Shown here piece by piece: positions 38,338 to 52,050 of a DNA stretch of 64,000 nucleotides. Positions within the stretch are counted from its first letter, which is position 1. Every line of letters begins with the position of its first letter. The notes under the pieces were generated by a model. It had not been told where the DNA came from. It saw only the letters and a program-made list of their open reading frames with translations, and ran no database searches. The translations under genes were made by a program, and so were the position numbers. Origin of the DNA: Octopus vulgaris (taxonomy: Eukaryota); the NCBI GenBank assembly GCA_951406725.2, contig CATOCA020000001.1:9176001-9240000 (forward strand), written 5' to 3'.

Positions 38338-38599
38338 CATACATATGTATATAGGTTGCAAGACGCAACGAAAATTTTAGGACAATAAAAATAAGAAAAA
38401 AGTGGGAATTTTACCGGTGAGTGTTTTACATAATAAGGCACAAAAAGAAAATGATTCTCTCCAGACACAACGGAATTATTGAACTTCAGTATTACAACAA
38501 CCAAAAAATAGAAACACATTTTCTTATGCGAATATAGTGTTGCGTTGACAATTTCAATTCAAAGTTTTTATTCATTCTGCAAATCTTGTCCGTTGATCC

Positions 38600-38885
38600 C
38601 ATGCTAAAAACGTCCAAACAGATATTGGTTTGAGTTTTACCTGTAGGGGTGAAAATGAAAAAATTGTCTTTGCTCCCCACACTGGAACCCCGGGATATGT
38701 CTGTGTGAAAAACAAGCCTTCTCTAATTGCAAAGAAGTAACTTTGAATGTCTGATCTTGGTACTTATCAATGGACATCGCAAGAGACTGACGTATTGGAA
38801 ATTGAAGTCGTTTGAGTTCGAAGGGAATATTTGAAGGTATTAAACTTAAGTGAGGCATAAATATATCTTCACCTTTTCCAAAGAC
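38600..38885 (-). mobile_element. Helitron helicase C-terminal fragment
   Basis: GKGEDIFMPHLSLIPSNIPFELKRLQFPIRQSLAMSIDKYQDQT. Confidence 0.8.
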
Positions 38886-39007
38886 AAAAAATATTCTGGC
38901 TTCTATGATATTTCTCGTTAATTTTTTGGATTTTCTTTTGTTATTGTCTGCTATTCATACAGGCGTACAAGAAGTGTATGAACATACACACTACTTGTCT
39001 TTATACT

Positions 39008-39009
<2 letters not shown>

Positions 39010-39078
<69 letters not shown>

Positions 39079-39099
39079 GTATATATACATATATGTGTG

Positions 39100-39151
<52 letters not shown>

Positions 39152-39544
39152 AATATAACTATAGATACAGGTACATAAAAATACCTTAGGAATGTGAACT
39201 CAGGTTTCAAATTTCCCCAAGACACCTGATGAAGGCTGGAGGGTATAAAAAATAACATCTAGAATCACTTCCCTTGCGTCATATAAAAACGACGTGAGAG
39301 TTTCAAATTGAAATGGGTTCGTTTTTCGCTTGCGAAGGGGACACGAGCATTGGCGCACCAACAGACACACATACGCATGCAAGCTTCCTGCTGATACCTT
39401 TAACAATTAAACATCGACTAGCTTATAATTTACATTTAATTACACGCCACAACTATATAAAGTAATAACAATATCTAGTACAAACCTTTGCACTTGATCA
39501 GGTTATTATTTTGTTTCAGATATGCGTGTGTGAGTATATACACC

Positions 39545-39606
<62 letters not shown>

Positions 39607-39782
39607 TGTATGTATGTATGTATGTACGTACGTACGTACATTTATAAAGGTATATATATATATTTTTTTTTTTAAAGACTCCGCCGGTTACGCCGACGAG
39701 GGTCCCAGCTGATAGGATCAACGGAACAGCCTGCTCGTGAAATTAACGTGCAAATGGCTGAGCATTCCACAGACAGATATAT

Positions 39783-39830
<48 letters not shown>

Positions 39831-39842
39831 CAGATAAATAGT

Positions 39843-39910
<68 letters not shown>

Positions 39911-39964
39911 CAGACGTTTTTATATTTATTGGCTAAACTGGCAAAATGATCATTCCGAAAATAT

Positions 39965-40035
<71 letters not shown>

Positions 40036-40040
40036 CTATA
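39010..40040. repeat. Microsatellite cluster: (CTAT)n, (GA)n, (TATG)n, (GATA)n, (TA)n
   Basis: Direct reading. Confidence 0.9.
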
Positions 40041-40049
40041 TATATTGTA

Positions 40050-40275
40050 TACTCTTTTACTCTTTTACATGTTTCAGTCATTTGACTGTGGCCATGCTGG
40101 AGCACCGACTTTTGTCCAGTAGATCGACCCGAGGACCTATTATTTGTAAACCTAGTACTTATTCTATCGGTCTCATATACTGAACCGCTAAGTTATGGGG
40201 ACGTAAACACACCAGCATCGGTTGTGAAACTATGTTGGGAGGACAAACACAGACACACACAACACACACACAACA

Positions 40276-40311
<36 letters not shown>

Positions 40312-40490
40312 TATATATATTCATATATACGACGGGCTTCCTTCTGTTTCCGTGTACAAAATCCACTGACAAAGCTTTGGTCGGTCCGTAGGCTATGGTA
40401 GAAGACATTTGCCCATGGTGCCACGTAGTGGGATTGAACCCGGAACCATGTGGTTGGTAAGCGAGCTACTTCCCATACAGACACTCCTGT
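40050..40490 (-). mobile_element. tRNA-derived SINE
   Basis: Same family as 59523-59925 and 60870-61280: tRNA head, CORE-like GGGCAAATGTCTTC, (GAGTAAAA)n tail. Confidence 0.85.
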
Positions 40491-40772
40491 TTATTAACCT
40501 GACAACAAGTTGAAGGTGAGCTCTGACTGGTTGTATGCAAATGAGTTCATTAGTGGGATCCGGAACTCTCGTGGGAGAAAAAAAATTCGTGGCTGGGTCA
40601 AATGAGACGATGCGACCACCTTGGGTATGGGTGGACTGTGCTCACACACGCACAAACACCCACACATATAGATACATGCAAAGACGCACACTCGTAGCTA
40701 TTTATGCTTTAAAAATGTTGACCTTAAAACCGTGACATTCTGAAGAAATTGTAGGAGTGTGTGGGTCAGCCA

Positions 40773-40826
<54 letters not shown>

Positions 40827-41247
40827 CTTCATTTCTGTTTCGCTGAATTTGTGAAAGAGCGACGGGGAACTTGTGGACATCGATGACAATTTTCGTATAT
40901 TGCTTCTTCTTTTTTAAAATTTTTTCAGCCATTAAATTGCGGCCATGCTGGGTTACCGCCTTGCAGTATTTTTAGTCGAACCAATTGACCTCATTAAAGT
41001 ACATTTTTCAGCCTGGTAAGTATCCGCTCAGTTGATATATATATATATATATATGTATGTATATATATATATAATATATACATATATATAATGTATGTAT
41101 ATATATGTATGTATTTATATATATTATATATATATATATATATATATGATGTTATATATGTATGTATGTATAATATATATATATATATATATGTATGTAT
41201 ATATATATAAATATATACATATATATATATGTATGTATATTTATGTA

Positions 41248-41311
<64 letters not shown>

Positions 41312-43327
41312 ATTGAGCGTTTATAAACACCTTTCACGCTGCAATTGTTTTCGTTCCAGCACACGATCTCAGATCAAGTCACTCGCTATACAAGTACATC
41401 TCCGTAATATATATAAATAAATATATTACATATATATATATATGTACATATATATACATATATATATACTTATAGATACATACATATATACTATATATAT
41501 ATATATATATGTATATGTATATGTATATATACACATCCTTAAATTGTAGTCTTCGTTTCTGCTGGGGGCTCTTTCCATAAAGAAGTTTAGCATATAGCAT
41601 CTGTTTAGGGATCCTCTGATCATTAATCTAAAGAAAATGTCCAGTCCATCATTATACTCTGTGCTTTTATAATTTGACAAATTCAACCTCTCTTCTCTGG
41701 GCAACATATTTTCCTTTTGATGCTTTTAAAATATGAAAATTACTTTGACAGTCATTGACCAGAACAAGATGAAGATCTCAGTCAGTAAAGGAATTTGTCT
41801 GGGGTCATCAAAGTTTGAAGTTACTCTTTTTAGTTTTATAAAGTCACTAAAAGTCTTACGTTTTCTCAATTTATAGAAAACTAACACTTTTATAAATGAG
41901 TTTATTGCTACGCATTAAATGTTAAACTAAATTTGCTCCAGCTGGTCTATATAAACAGTAACCTATAGCTTTGAACAGCTTTATTATTTTGTTGTGTATT
42001 TACATGGCATATAATGTGTGAATAGAATTTCTCCCCCAGTTATCCAAGCAAAAAATCAGAAACTTATGTTATCAATTTATTTAGAAGAATTTTGTACAAA
42101 GTTTGATACAAAATAATTTTGTTGTGTCTGGGGAGAGTCATTCTCTTTTAGTGCCTTATTATTTAACACACTCAACGGTAAAATTTCGTTTTGCTTTAAT
42201 AGTAATTATCAATTTCTGAATAAAGTTTCTTTTTATCTAATTTAAATATCTTGATTATTTAATTTGAAAACAATCAGGTTTGTTCACTTCTATCACAAAA
42301 GAATCCAATAAAAAGTGGAGAATACTTATGAATCTTCCATTCCAATTCCACAAAAGTCTGCTCGGTAGAGCTTCCTGTCACATCTTATAATGTACATAAA
42401 GGTCTCATGTGTGTTACTTATTTAATCTTGGTCTCTGCTGTAAGAACTTGAAATCTAATTTCAAATTAAAATAACAGTGGAGTAATATGAAGGTAAATAT
42501 TGTAAGGAAGAATTGTACTCTTCCTTTATCTGAAGTTATTCAAAAAGAGGGAGACACTGTGGCTTTTCCACAATCACATGCAATTAAAACAACAAATGTT
42601 GTGCCAGGATTTTTCAGCACAGCTATTGTTTAATTATAATTTTTTTGATTTATTTTCATATGTATAATAGTGAAGTTTTATTTTTACTGACGAAAATTTC
42701 AGTAATTAGTAAATAACGAAGGTCATAAAGTAAGAATATAAAATTAAAATATTGTATATTGCACTCAAAACCCCTGAATTTTTATTCAACCACCACCACT
42801 TTGGAGAGGCCTGTCTTAAACCACAACAGGACAAAGTGAGATATATCCTTAGATACATCATGTATTATATAGAAATACTATCTCTATAGGATATATAAAG
42901 GGAAAAGGCATCAATATATATATATACCAGGCATTCTACTCTCAGCTAAAAATGAAGGTAGATAACTATCAATATAGCAGAAGATATTAAAGCTGTCTAT
43001 ATAACAATGGGGTTGCTTAGGGGGGGGGTTAGATATACAACAACAGCAACAACAATAAATGAACATTTCAAAGTTTGTCTTTATTTTAAATGTGAATTTT
43101 TAACAAAGGAGCCAAACCAGTGAAGGGATCACTATGTGGCTGATATACCTGCTAGAATTAGTAGCTAAATTCACACGATATCACTGTACAGAAGGGCATA
43201 TTGGACAATGTGGTTGTGGGTTCTCTTTGGAAATAGGCATGATGGTCCTGGCTGGAATGGGTTTGATCATAAGTCTCTGTTTGGTCAAGGTTAATCTGAG
43301 GCTAAACAACAACAGTTACACAGAAAT

Positions 43328-43527
43328 TCACTTTGCGTCTAATGACAGACATTCCATCGCAGCGAAACATTCAGCTTCTTCAAGAGCTGCACGTAATGTT
43401 GCGTGTGTCCGTGTTTCTGGGTCGCAATTTTTGAACCATTCGTAAAGCATCAGGTAGCCTTGTTTTACAGTGTCAATAGACTCATCATCAATTTTCAGTT
43501 TAGTTGTATCAACTTCTAAAACAATAA
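43328..43527 (-). CDS. Death-domain protein, terminal coding exon (C-terminal part of death domain)
   Basis: ttttgcag| acceptor, phase 1: (V)IVLEVDTTKLKIDDESIDTVKQGYLMLYEWFKNCDPETRTHATLRAALEEAECFAAMECLSLDAK*. Fits the DD pattern Q..ML..W....T...L..AL. AATAAA on minus near 43080. Confidence 0.8.
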
Positions 43528-45068
43528 CTGCAAAAGACACAACAATAAGAAATAAATGCAACAACATTGACAATAACATAAAACGCTGTGTACTGTAGGT
43601 TGTTATGAATATAACAAACAAACTTTATCAATAGAGAAGTAAAAAAAGAAATAGCTAAGAAACATGAAAAATATAAGACATTGTTTTCTATTGACAAAAA
43701 TAACAAAGAGTTTGAATTAAACGAGATTTTTAAAGAAAATTAATTGAAAATTATACTTGAGAAAATATATGGTAAACGAGGGCAGGAAAACTTTTGTGAA
43801 GGCAAAAGTATATCAGAACCTCAAGAATTAACATTGACCTCCAACAGTGAAAGCATATGATCCATCCATTTCCTCTGCTCAATATTCTTGAAAGGGCTGT
43901 GGGGAAAGAGTCCTCAGGCACCTCCTCCATAGGGTCCTATCAGAAGCATCCATCATTAGACATTCTGCTTGTATTCTATGATGTGAAGAACTAAGACTAT
44001 GGATATCATCCAACCATTTCTTTCTTGGCCTCCCCCTCGGTATCCTGTTCCATTGGTTTGACTTTGAGAACCTGTCCTGTAATTCATTCCTGCAACACCC
44101 TGATCACATGTCCGAGGTACCACAGATGTGGAGGAGATGTGGTTCAACTTGGAGAGACTCCCAGATCTCTGAACTGTAAATCCTATTGAGTAACATTACT
44201 CCAAAGACCCTTTAGAAGAATCCCATATATCTGTCTTATTCTGGTAGATTTCAGACCTGGTATTCAAAGGGTCATGAAAGTACTGTCCCTCTGTGTCATC
44301 TACTACCTTGCAAAGTTCCCAAGAGGACACTGGAAATCGAATGATCAGTGATTGTCCAACAGTCGATAATTCTAAGTCAAACTCAATCCCATTTCAAACT
44401 TCTCCAATGAACTCCAGGTTCGATCAATTCTACAGAGCCTATTCAGTTATTATTATGTCAGTCTGAATGAGAGATGCCCCCTGCAGTTCGGCTTGACTTG
44501 TGAATGTTCATTTTCTGGTAAATTCCCTTAAAGGAATTCTCTGTTTTCGCCTGAGGAGAATGATAGGATTTCGCTGTGTCACCTTTATTAAATCTCTTTT
44601 TATTGAAGCATTTACAGACATATGTCATGTGGTAAAGTCATTGCAAAATGGCAAAATAAATTGGAATTATCAGCTTCCAACACAATAACCCAATAAATAA
44701 TCTGTTTGAAGAAAGATGCTTTGTTTTAGATGTTAACTTTGGTACTTGTCCTTCATTACAATAACCTAACAGTGAACCTAAAGAAAATGTGAAACAAATT
44801 CACTCACCTGTTTACCCTTAAACAATATATTTTAGTTCCTTCTTCCAAAAGATAATATTAAACGCCATTTGTGTTTTCTAGTTTATCCATTATTACCAAC
44901 CATGCTAACCTCAGTGGATATTTTATGAAATATCAGGAATATCGTAAATAAAATTGTCATACAGATAACCTATCAATTGGAAATGAGGAATGTAACTTGT
45001 TCTCATTCATTCTGACAAATAAAATAGATGAGGTGAAAGTAAAATATATAGAAATCAAATATACTCAC

Positions 45069-45140
45069 CTATTTGCCACCAATCACGTCCTAACCTCTTA
45101 GCCACTCTCAGAAGATCTTTCTCCTTCAGAACTGGACTCT
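45069..45140 (-). CDS. Death-domain protein, exon encoding DD helices 1-2
   Basis: tttcag| acceptor and |gtgagt donor, 72 nt, phase 1-1: SPVLKEKDLLRVAKRLGRDWWQI. Fits the DD pattern L..VA..LG.DW. Confidence 0.85.
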
Positions 45141-45599
45141 CTGAAATAAATATTTCCAGCTTTTATAATTTATTGTAAAACTTATTTATCTCTATAAATA
45201 TTCTGTAGTTTATTGTTGTGGGACATTGTTATCATCAGTGGTTGGCTGGTGACCACTAGGGTTTTGCTCAGTATTTTTATACTTTCCATTGTGGGACCAG
45301 GTAATAGCTCAATATTTAGGCCCGCAACAAAATAGACTAACTTTCCGAAACCTTGTTTCTCTTTAACAGAGACATCCTACATAATCTAACAATGTTGCAA
45401 TTATTTCATTCAATTATCATTTCATAGTTCTCTCTCTCCTTTCATATATCTGTACCAAATCTATGACATGTGACTGTCCTCTGAACTCTACACTTCACTA
45501 ACCACCATTCTCCTCATCTTCTGCTAAAGTCCAATATCATCCAATGTGGTCTCCAAAGATCTCGTCAGAATTGCATGACACACCACTTCAAGTAAAATA

Positions 45600-46900
45600 A
45601 ACGTAATACCTGTTCTCTTTGCTGTTGGAAATCTTGAATTTTATCATCCCACATCCCAGTTCACCTGGTCATTATCTGGTGCAGGGAATATTTTAAGACT
45701 CCTTAATACAGGTGAGCAATGATCAGTTCTCCAAAGATGAAACAAAAAGTGATATCAGGTGTCCTAAAACAATGTACACTTGCACAAAACCCCATTCACT
45801 ACATACAACTGGACATCTACACATTATTGCAGTGAAGACATCTGAAATGGTACAAAAGGACTGATACTCAAAAATATATAAGAAAGACGGGAATACAAAG
45901 TGCGAGCTCCAAATCTTTTATTTTCCAGAATGTTTGGCATATTTGTTTCTTTTAACCATCTTCGTTCTGTGACTTGATCTCAATGCCTTTACTCTTATTG
46001 CAAAATTAGGTAGTGTACCATCGTCGTAATAGTTTTTCAAGTTTCCCTTTAAACTTCATCAGGGTTTCTCCTGCTATTTTGACCTTCACTTGTTTCTGCT
46101 GACCTTTCAGAAATGACTGGCTTCATTACTCATTTGCATTGAAGCACATTCTTCACCAAGTTCCTCAGTCTACCCAGTTAATCCAGAACTATTTGCATAT
46201 CCTTTTATTTGTTGTTACTATTGTTATGTAATCCATTAATGTCTTCTCCAGTGTTTTCCTTTGAGCCATTTCTTATCAATCTGCTGATTTAAGTAACATC
46301 TCCATAACAATCACAAACCAAATGACTGATATTGTAGAAACTACAGCAATTCCCGTTTCAAAATGATACCAGTCTATCGAGAAAGTTTTCCTCATGAACT
46401 GCATATTGAAATTGTTATAGCAGCTCCTCATCAGATCCTTAATCTTTTCTCATATATAAAACAGGTCCACTGCTTCCATCAACAATTTGTTTGCTAGAGA
46501 ACCATAAACCAGATCAAATCACACAACATTCAATCCCTTTTAATCTTCTTTCCGTCTTGTATCACATCCTAGATTTAAGACACATGTTCCACACAGCCAG
46601 GAATGCCAGAGGATTCCAGTCTTCGAGATACTTTTAGTCCCATATTCATTATTCTGTAGATTTACAGTTGATCTCTTTGTGAATACAACCTTGTAAATCT
46701 TGCCATTTATATTCAAGGTTGAAATTAGTCTGAACTAATCAATCGGTATTTGATTGCTGGTTTCAATGGACATTTCAAACTGTCTATGAATGGGAATCAT
46801 TGCTTTTGCTTTGGATCTCCTGCATATATCCATCCAGTTCATCTTTATTGTATTTTAGCTTTCTGTTCTCAGTATCTGCAAACAGAATTTCCTTGTAGAA
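45600..46900. mobile_element. Highly degenerate LINE remnants (intronic)
   Basis: Weak APE/RT-like remnants such as YTTGHL and GIECC, with no intact frame. Confidence 0.4.
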
Positions 46901-47167
46901 GTTAAAGAGGAGTGTTTAAATTTGTTGACGACATGATCAATTTTCTAGGGCTTTTGGAGCAAAATTGTGCCCAAGGCCCTTTTTAAAGTGGTTGATGTTA
47001 GGAAAGGCACATCACCATAGAAAAGCCGGAATGTGTTCCTCATCCAATCAAGGCGGACAGTATTTGTTAATAAGAACTGACATGGATAGGAATCATCCAT
47101 CCAATCGATAGGAGCATAGACATCAGATGATAAATGATGAGGGTCATCAGTGTCTATCTTGGAGAGA

Positions 47168-47220
<53 letters not shown>

Positions 47221-47678
47221 GTTGTCTCAACATCAAACCTAATACTTTTACATGGATAAAGACAATGTTTAGGGGATGTAATGATAAATTTATTATCAGT
47301 GAAAGAAAAAGGCAGGGTGTTCACACGGAACACATTTCATTGTAAATCTGTCACATTATGAGAGATATTTGCCTAAATAGCAACAACAGCAATAACCTAT
47401 CAGTAAACTTAGTAACTACATATTTTAGTCCTCCGTTTCAAAATACAGTATTAATTCTATTGTCTTCTAAATTATCCATTTTCCGAACCATGCCAACCCC
47501 GTTGACTATTTTGTGAAATTCCATTGATATCAAAATGTCTAATAGAATTATTATACAGCTAATATTTCAGATGTAAATTAGGAATGGATCTTGTCCTCAG
47601 TCATTCTGATAAACTACAAATGCTCAGGTGAAGGTTAAATTTATAGAAATCCATGAGGTACTGTTATTTGCTTCTCAC

Positions 47679-47726
47679 CAACTGGCTGTGATGTTGTCAA
47701 GGCATCCTTCACAGAAGTTGGAGTCT
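47679..47726 (-). pseudogene. Duplicated exon with mutated acceptor (AA instead of AG)
   Basis: 48 nt (E)TPTSVKDALTTSQPV with |gtgaga donor. Flanks are homologous to 45069-45140 and 50791-50868, but the acceptor reads tttcaa. Confidence 0.55.
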
Positions 47727-49699
47727 TTGAAATGAATATTTTCAAGTTTTACGTTTTATAGTATAATTTCATTATAGTTATTGATAATCAACACTTTATT
47801 ATTGTGGGAAGGGCATACAGCTGTAAAAACCATTTCGTAGGGATGTGGTTGTGTGCCCATGTAAAAGTTATGTTTACTTTGAGGGTAACAAGGTGTAAAA
47901 TATCAGATGAGGGTACAAGATAATGCTATGAAACTTCCAGACAGACAAGTTTAAGAGAGTTAATGAATGATAGCTGATTAATTATCATGTTAATGCGGCG
48001 TTTAAACACTAACTATCAATATAGATTGTATAAAATCTGTGTGAAGAACATGTGACATTTGTTACAATGAATATGGTTGTGTCTCAGCACAGTTGATATT
48101 ATGGTAGTTCCATGAGAAACCATAGAAAAATGTAACCATTTCCAGTACCGAATACTAATGATGAATTCTTTTCTTGGTCAAATAACAATGACCAGGTTCC
48201 ATGATCTAATTTCAACAGAACAATCAAGTCGGAAGTAAAACCAAAATGTGAAAGACGGAAAACAGTGACTCTCTTACAATTGAAACCATCTCAAAGCCAA
48301 CAATTGTCAGTATAACGATGTCTATATATGGACAGTAAACGTTATTCAAACATCGTAACAAGCGATAATTATATATATATAGTTAGAAAAGAGTTGTGAG
48401 TTCAAGTCACACTGGAATCTCATACGTTCATTCCTTTCCATGTATTGCATATGTTAGCATCAATGTTTTGTTCAAATGTGAACATATGTTCTCTGTTCAA
48501 TATGAATGTTATCAAAATCACTGAACCGGTTTTCACAATCGATATTATTATACTGAGCTAATATGTTATACCAGACAGGAAACTACTGTAACAATCTAAG
48601 ACAAAGAATTATGATGAGTTACTGGAAGACAGCATCATCATCATCATCATCAACATTCAAAGTTTGTTTTCCATGCTGGAATGGGTTGGAAATCTTGACA
48701 GGATCTGACAAGCCAGACAACTGCACCAGGCCCCAGATGGTTTCTTTGGCATGGTTTTCTATGGTAGGATGCTCTTATTGATGCCAACCACCTCACAGAG
48801 TGTACGTGGCCCCTTTGTATAAAGCACAAGTACTGGCATATTTAGCCAAAAGACATGTAAGACAAAGACCCCACAGCCGGGAGAGGGGGTATGGCAAATT
48901 TCTCTCCCCGCATCCTGATTCTTTTGTCATCACATTCCCTTCTCACCTCCTGAAAATGTCATCAGCTTCAGTGAAGCAAAACATCATAGAGTAGTGAGGA
49001 CCGTCTAATTATGTAGAATGTAACACAACTTGATTACTACTTGTGCTATAATTAAATGCTCCCAGAACACACTAGGAAGTGGTTGGTGGAAACTAGGAAA
49101 GATGACACCACAAGTTTGAAAGGAACGTTTGATATTGTTGGGAAATTGATGATCATTTCTAATGCTTGTGCGACAATAAAATATACCCAGGACCCTTTAT
49201 AAAGTGGTTGGGGTTAGAAAGGGTCTACCACCTGAGAAAAGCTGCAATGTTTTCCTCAACAAATGACGGTTGGCAGTAATTTCAGATACAACTGACTTGG
49301 ACAGTGATGACCCACCTAGTGTATGGGAGCATGGAGAGCAGATGAGAAAGGATGAGGATGATATCATTTATTGTATTGAAACTTTTAACCAGCATCTTTC
49401 TTGAAAAGACGGAGAGAAAGAGCATGAGTGAGAGAGAGAGAATGAATGAGTACAATGAGATGACAAACAGGGCGAATATTCTCCTTAACGGGAGAGAACC
49501 GTTTCAGGGTTTATATTTAATTTTTGTATCTTTCTTTCTGCGAGTGAATGAGTAACTGATGTTTGCATAAAGTACATTTATTGGATATTCGTGTTGTTGT
49601 AGAAGAACAGAATTTTTTATAGCTAAGCATTCAAATGAAATCTAACTTGTTCTCGGTCAAATAACAATGACTAACTTCCATTAAATAATTGAATTACAA

Positions 49700-50540
49700 C
49701 GATGTCAGTGTGCACACAAGGCAGAGTGAAGAGGCCTGAGAGAAGTGTTAGACATAAGAAGCATCAGATGTGGTGTACAAGAGAGACAACTGCACTGGTA
49801 TGGTTATGGGTATGGATGAGGAGAATTGTGGGAAGAAGTGTTACACCCTAACAGTGGAAGGAACCCGTGGAAAGGGGTGACCCAGGAAGACAGGGGATGA
49901 CGTGGTGAAACGACCTTCGAACGTTGGGCCTCACAGAGGTAATAGCAAGAGACAGAGACCTCTGGAAATATGATGTGATTAAGAGGACCCGGCAATTGAA
50001 GTGAGATCACAGCTATAGCCTATACCAGTGGTGCATAACCAGCTCCTTTTAAAAGTACCCTTGAATCACAGAGTGATAAGTTGCGCTTGAGAAGAATTTC
50101 TGAGTCAAGTAAAACCAAAAACCAGAAATCACAAATCAAAATCAAATCAAGATCGAAATCAAAATGGAAATTGTAATTACGGCCGATGCCAGTGCCGCCT
50201 GGCTGGCACCCGTTCCGGTGGCACATAATAAGTACCATTCAAACATTGTTTGTTGCCAGTGCCGCCTGACTGGTTCCCTGTGCCGTTGGCACATAAAAAC
50301 TACCTTCCGAACGTGGTTAATGCCAGCCCCAACTTCAACTGGCTCCTGTGTCGGTGGCACGTAAAAAGCACCCACCACACTCTCGGAGTGGTTGGCGTTA
50401 GGAATGGCATACATATGTGGAAACCTTGCCAGATCACATTGCAGCCTGACGCAGCCTACTGCCTTGCCAGTGAAATCGTCCGACCCATGCCACCATAAGA
50501 AACGGATGTTAAATGATGATGGTGATGATGAAGATGATGC
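49700..50540 (+). mobile_element. RTE LINE 3' end (PHD family)
   Basis: ORF-end remnant, three GTGCC-GGT-GGCAC-type units and a (GAT)n tail. Confidence 0.85.
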
Positions 50541-50790
50541 GTTCTGTGACCAAATGACAAAATTAACTCTATTGTGTCTTCTAATTTGAACATTATTACC
50601 AACAGCATTAACCTCAATGGGTATTTCATAAACTCACAGTAAATCGATATCTTTAATTCAATTATTATAGAGATAATTGTTCAATTGGAAAATAGGAATG
50701 GAAGCTGTTTTCAGTTATTCTTTCAAGCAGAATATGCTCGGGGGAAGAAACCTTACAGAAATCAATTGGGAACTATTATTTTATACTCAC

Positions 50791-50868
50791 CAATTGCCTG
50801 AGATGCAGCCCCTAATTCCTGACATGTAGCCTCTTTTTTTACACACCTGTCTTCAGACTTTGGAGCCC
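50791..50868 (-). CDS. Death-domain gene, upstream linker exon (phase 1-1)
   Basis: tttcag| acceptor and |gtgagt donor, 78 nt open: APKSEDRCVKKEATCQELGAASQAI. Intron flanks are paralogous to those of exon 45069-45140. Confidence 0.65.
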
Positions 50869-50954
50869 CTGAAATAAATATTTCCAAGTTTTACATTTAA
50901 AAAAAAACTTTCTTATCTTTATTTTTATTAAACTCTATCTTGTTATTGTGAGAC

Positions 50955-51054
50955 NNNNNNNNNNNNNNNNNNNNNNNNNNNNNNNNNNNNNNNNNNNNNN
51001 NNNNNNNNNNNNNNNNNNNNNNNNNNNNNNNNNNNNNNNNNNNNNNNNNNNNNN
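50955..51054. other. Assembly gap (100 N)
   Basis: Run of N. Confidence 1.
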
Positions 51055-52050
51055 GCATCTTTACTGTCGAAGACCAAAATGCTCCATCTTCATCACCACT
51101 AACATCGAACTCTATATCTACTATGCAATTTACACCAGCAATGCTACAACGCTACCTTAAGAATAAACGCAACTATGCCTCTCCTGGTCTCGATGGTGTT
51201 ACATACCTGCTTCTCAAATGCGGTGGGTACTTTCTTCTAAGCCAGCTTTCTCTATTCTTCCAATTCTGTCTTGACAATGGTGTTACTCCAGAGCAGTGGA
51301 AAACTGCCAGTCTTATCCCTCTGTTCAAAAAAGGTGACTGCACATCGCCTGTCAACTGTCGCCCCGTTAGTCTTACTAGCTGCATCGCCAAACTGATGGA
51401 ATCCTGTATCAGGGAAACCCTCTGGAACTTCTGGAAGTCTCACAGCCTCATCCAGCCGTCACAATTTGGATTTATTCCTAACTCCAGCTGCTGTAATCAA
51501 CTCATCGAGTTTCTTGAGGACGTTACCCAAATCACTGATCGTGGATCCTGGGTGGATGTTGCTAAGGCTTTTAACTCTATGGCACACAAAAGACTTATGG
51601 TAAAGCTCTCTGCGTTGGGCATAAGAGACGAACTCTATAACTGGTTGAAGTCCTTTATTTTCGGCCGAAAAGAGGTTGTCACAGTTCTAGGACAGCACTC
51701 TTCACCCTATGAGATAACATCTGGTGTACCACAGGGATCTTTTCTTGGCCCCCTTTTATTTGTTGCATATGTTAATGACATAGATGCCAACTTAAAGAAT
51801 GCCACAGTGCTGAAATATACAGATGACATCAAGCTGTACCTCGAAATAAAGAGGTCAGATCCTGTACACTATAGATCTCTATTGCAAGCAGACCTGGAGA
51901 CAATGCAGCAGTGGATCATGGACTGGCAACTCAAGCTGGCTGTGGACAAATGTACCACCATGTATTTTGGGAAGAGAAACCCAGCGTCCACCTATTCCCT
52001 CCACAACACTAATCTCAAACGTCTTCGTGTGAACGTGACCTCGGTGTTAT
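51055..52050 (+). mobile_element. CR1-clade LINE reverse transcriptase fragment
   Basis: ORF 51123-52145 has SPGLDG, PLFKKG..NCRPVSLTS, QFGF, KAFNS..HKRL, SGVPQGSFLGPLLF, YTDDIKLY and WQLKLAVDKC. It runs into a SINE after about 52053. Confidence 0.88.

Noticed and set aside
40702-40932. ORF MAEKILKKKK.. as a first coding exon
   Set aside because: It runs into a (CA)n tract and has no recognisable domain or splice support.
41315-41410. Hammerhead-like CTGAGA..GAAA on the minus strand
   Set aside because: The core lacks one nucleotide and stems I and III are not convincing.
44778-44807. GTGAGT...TTTCTTTAG 30-nt mini-intron-like signal on the minus strand
   Set aside because: Too short, no convincing flanking coding frame, and the DD exons join well without it.
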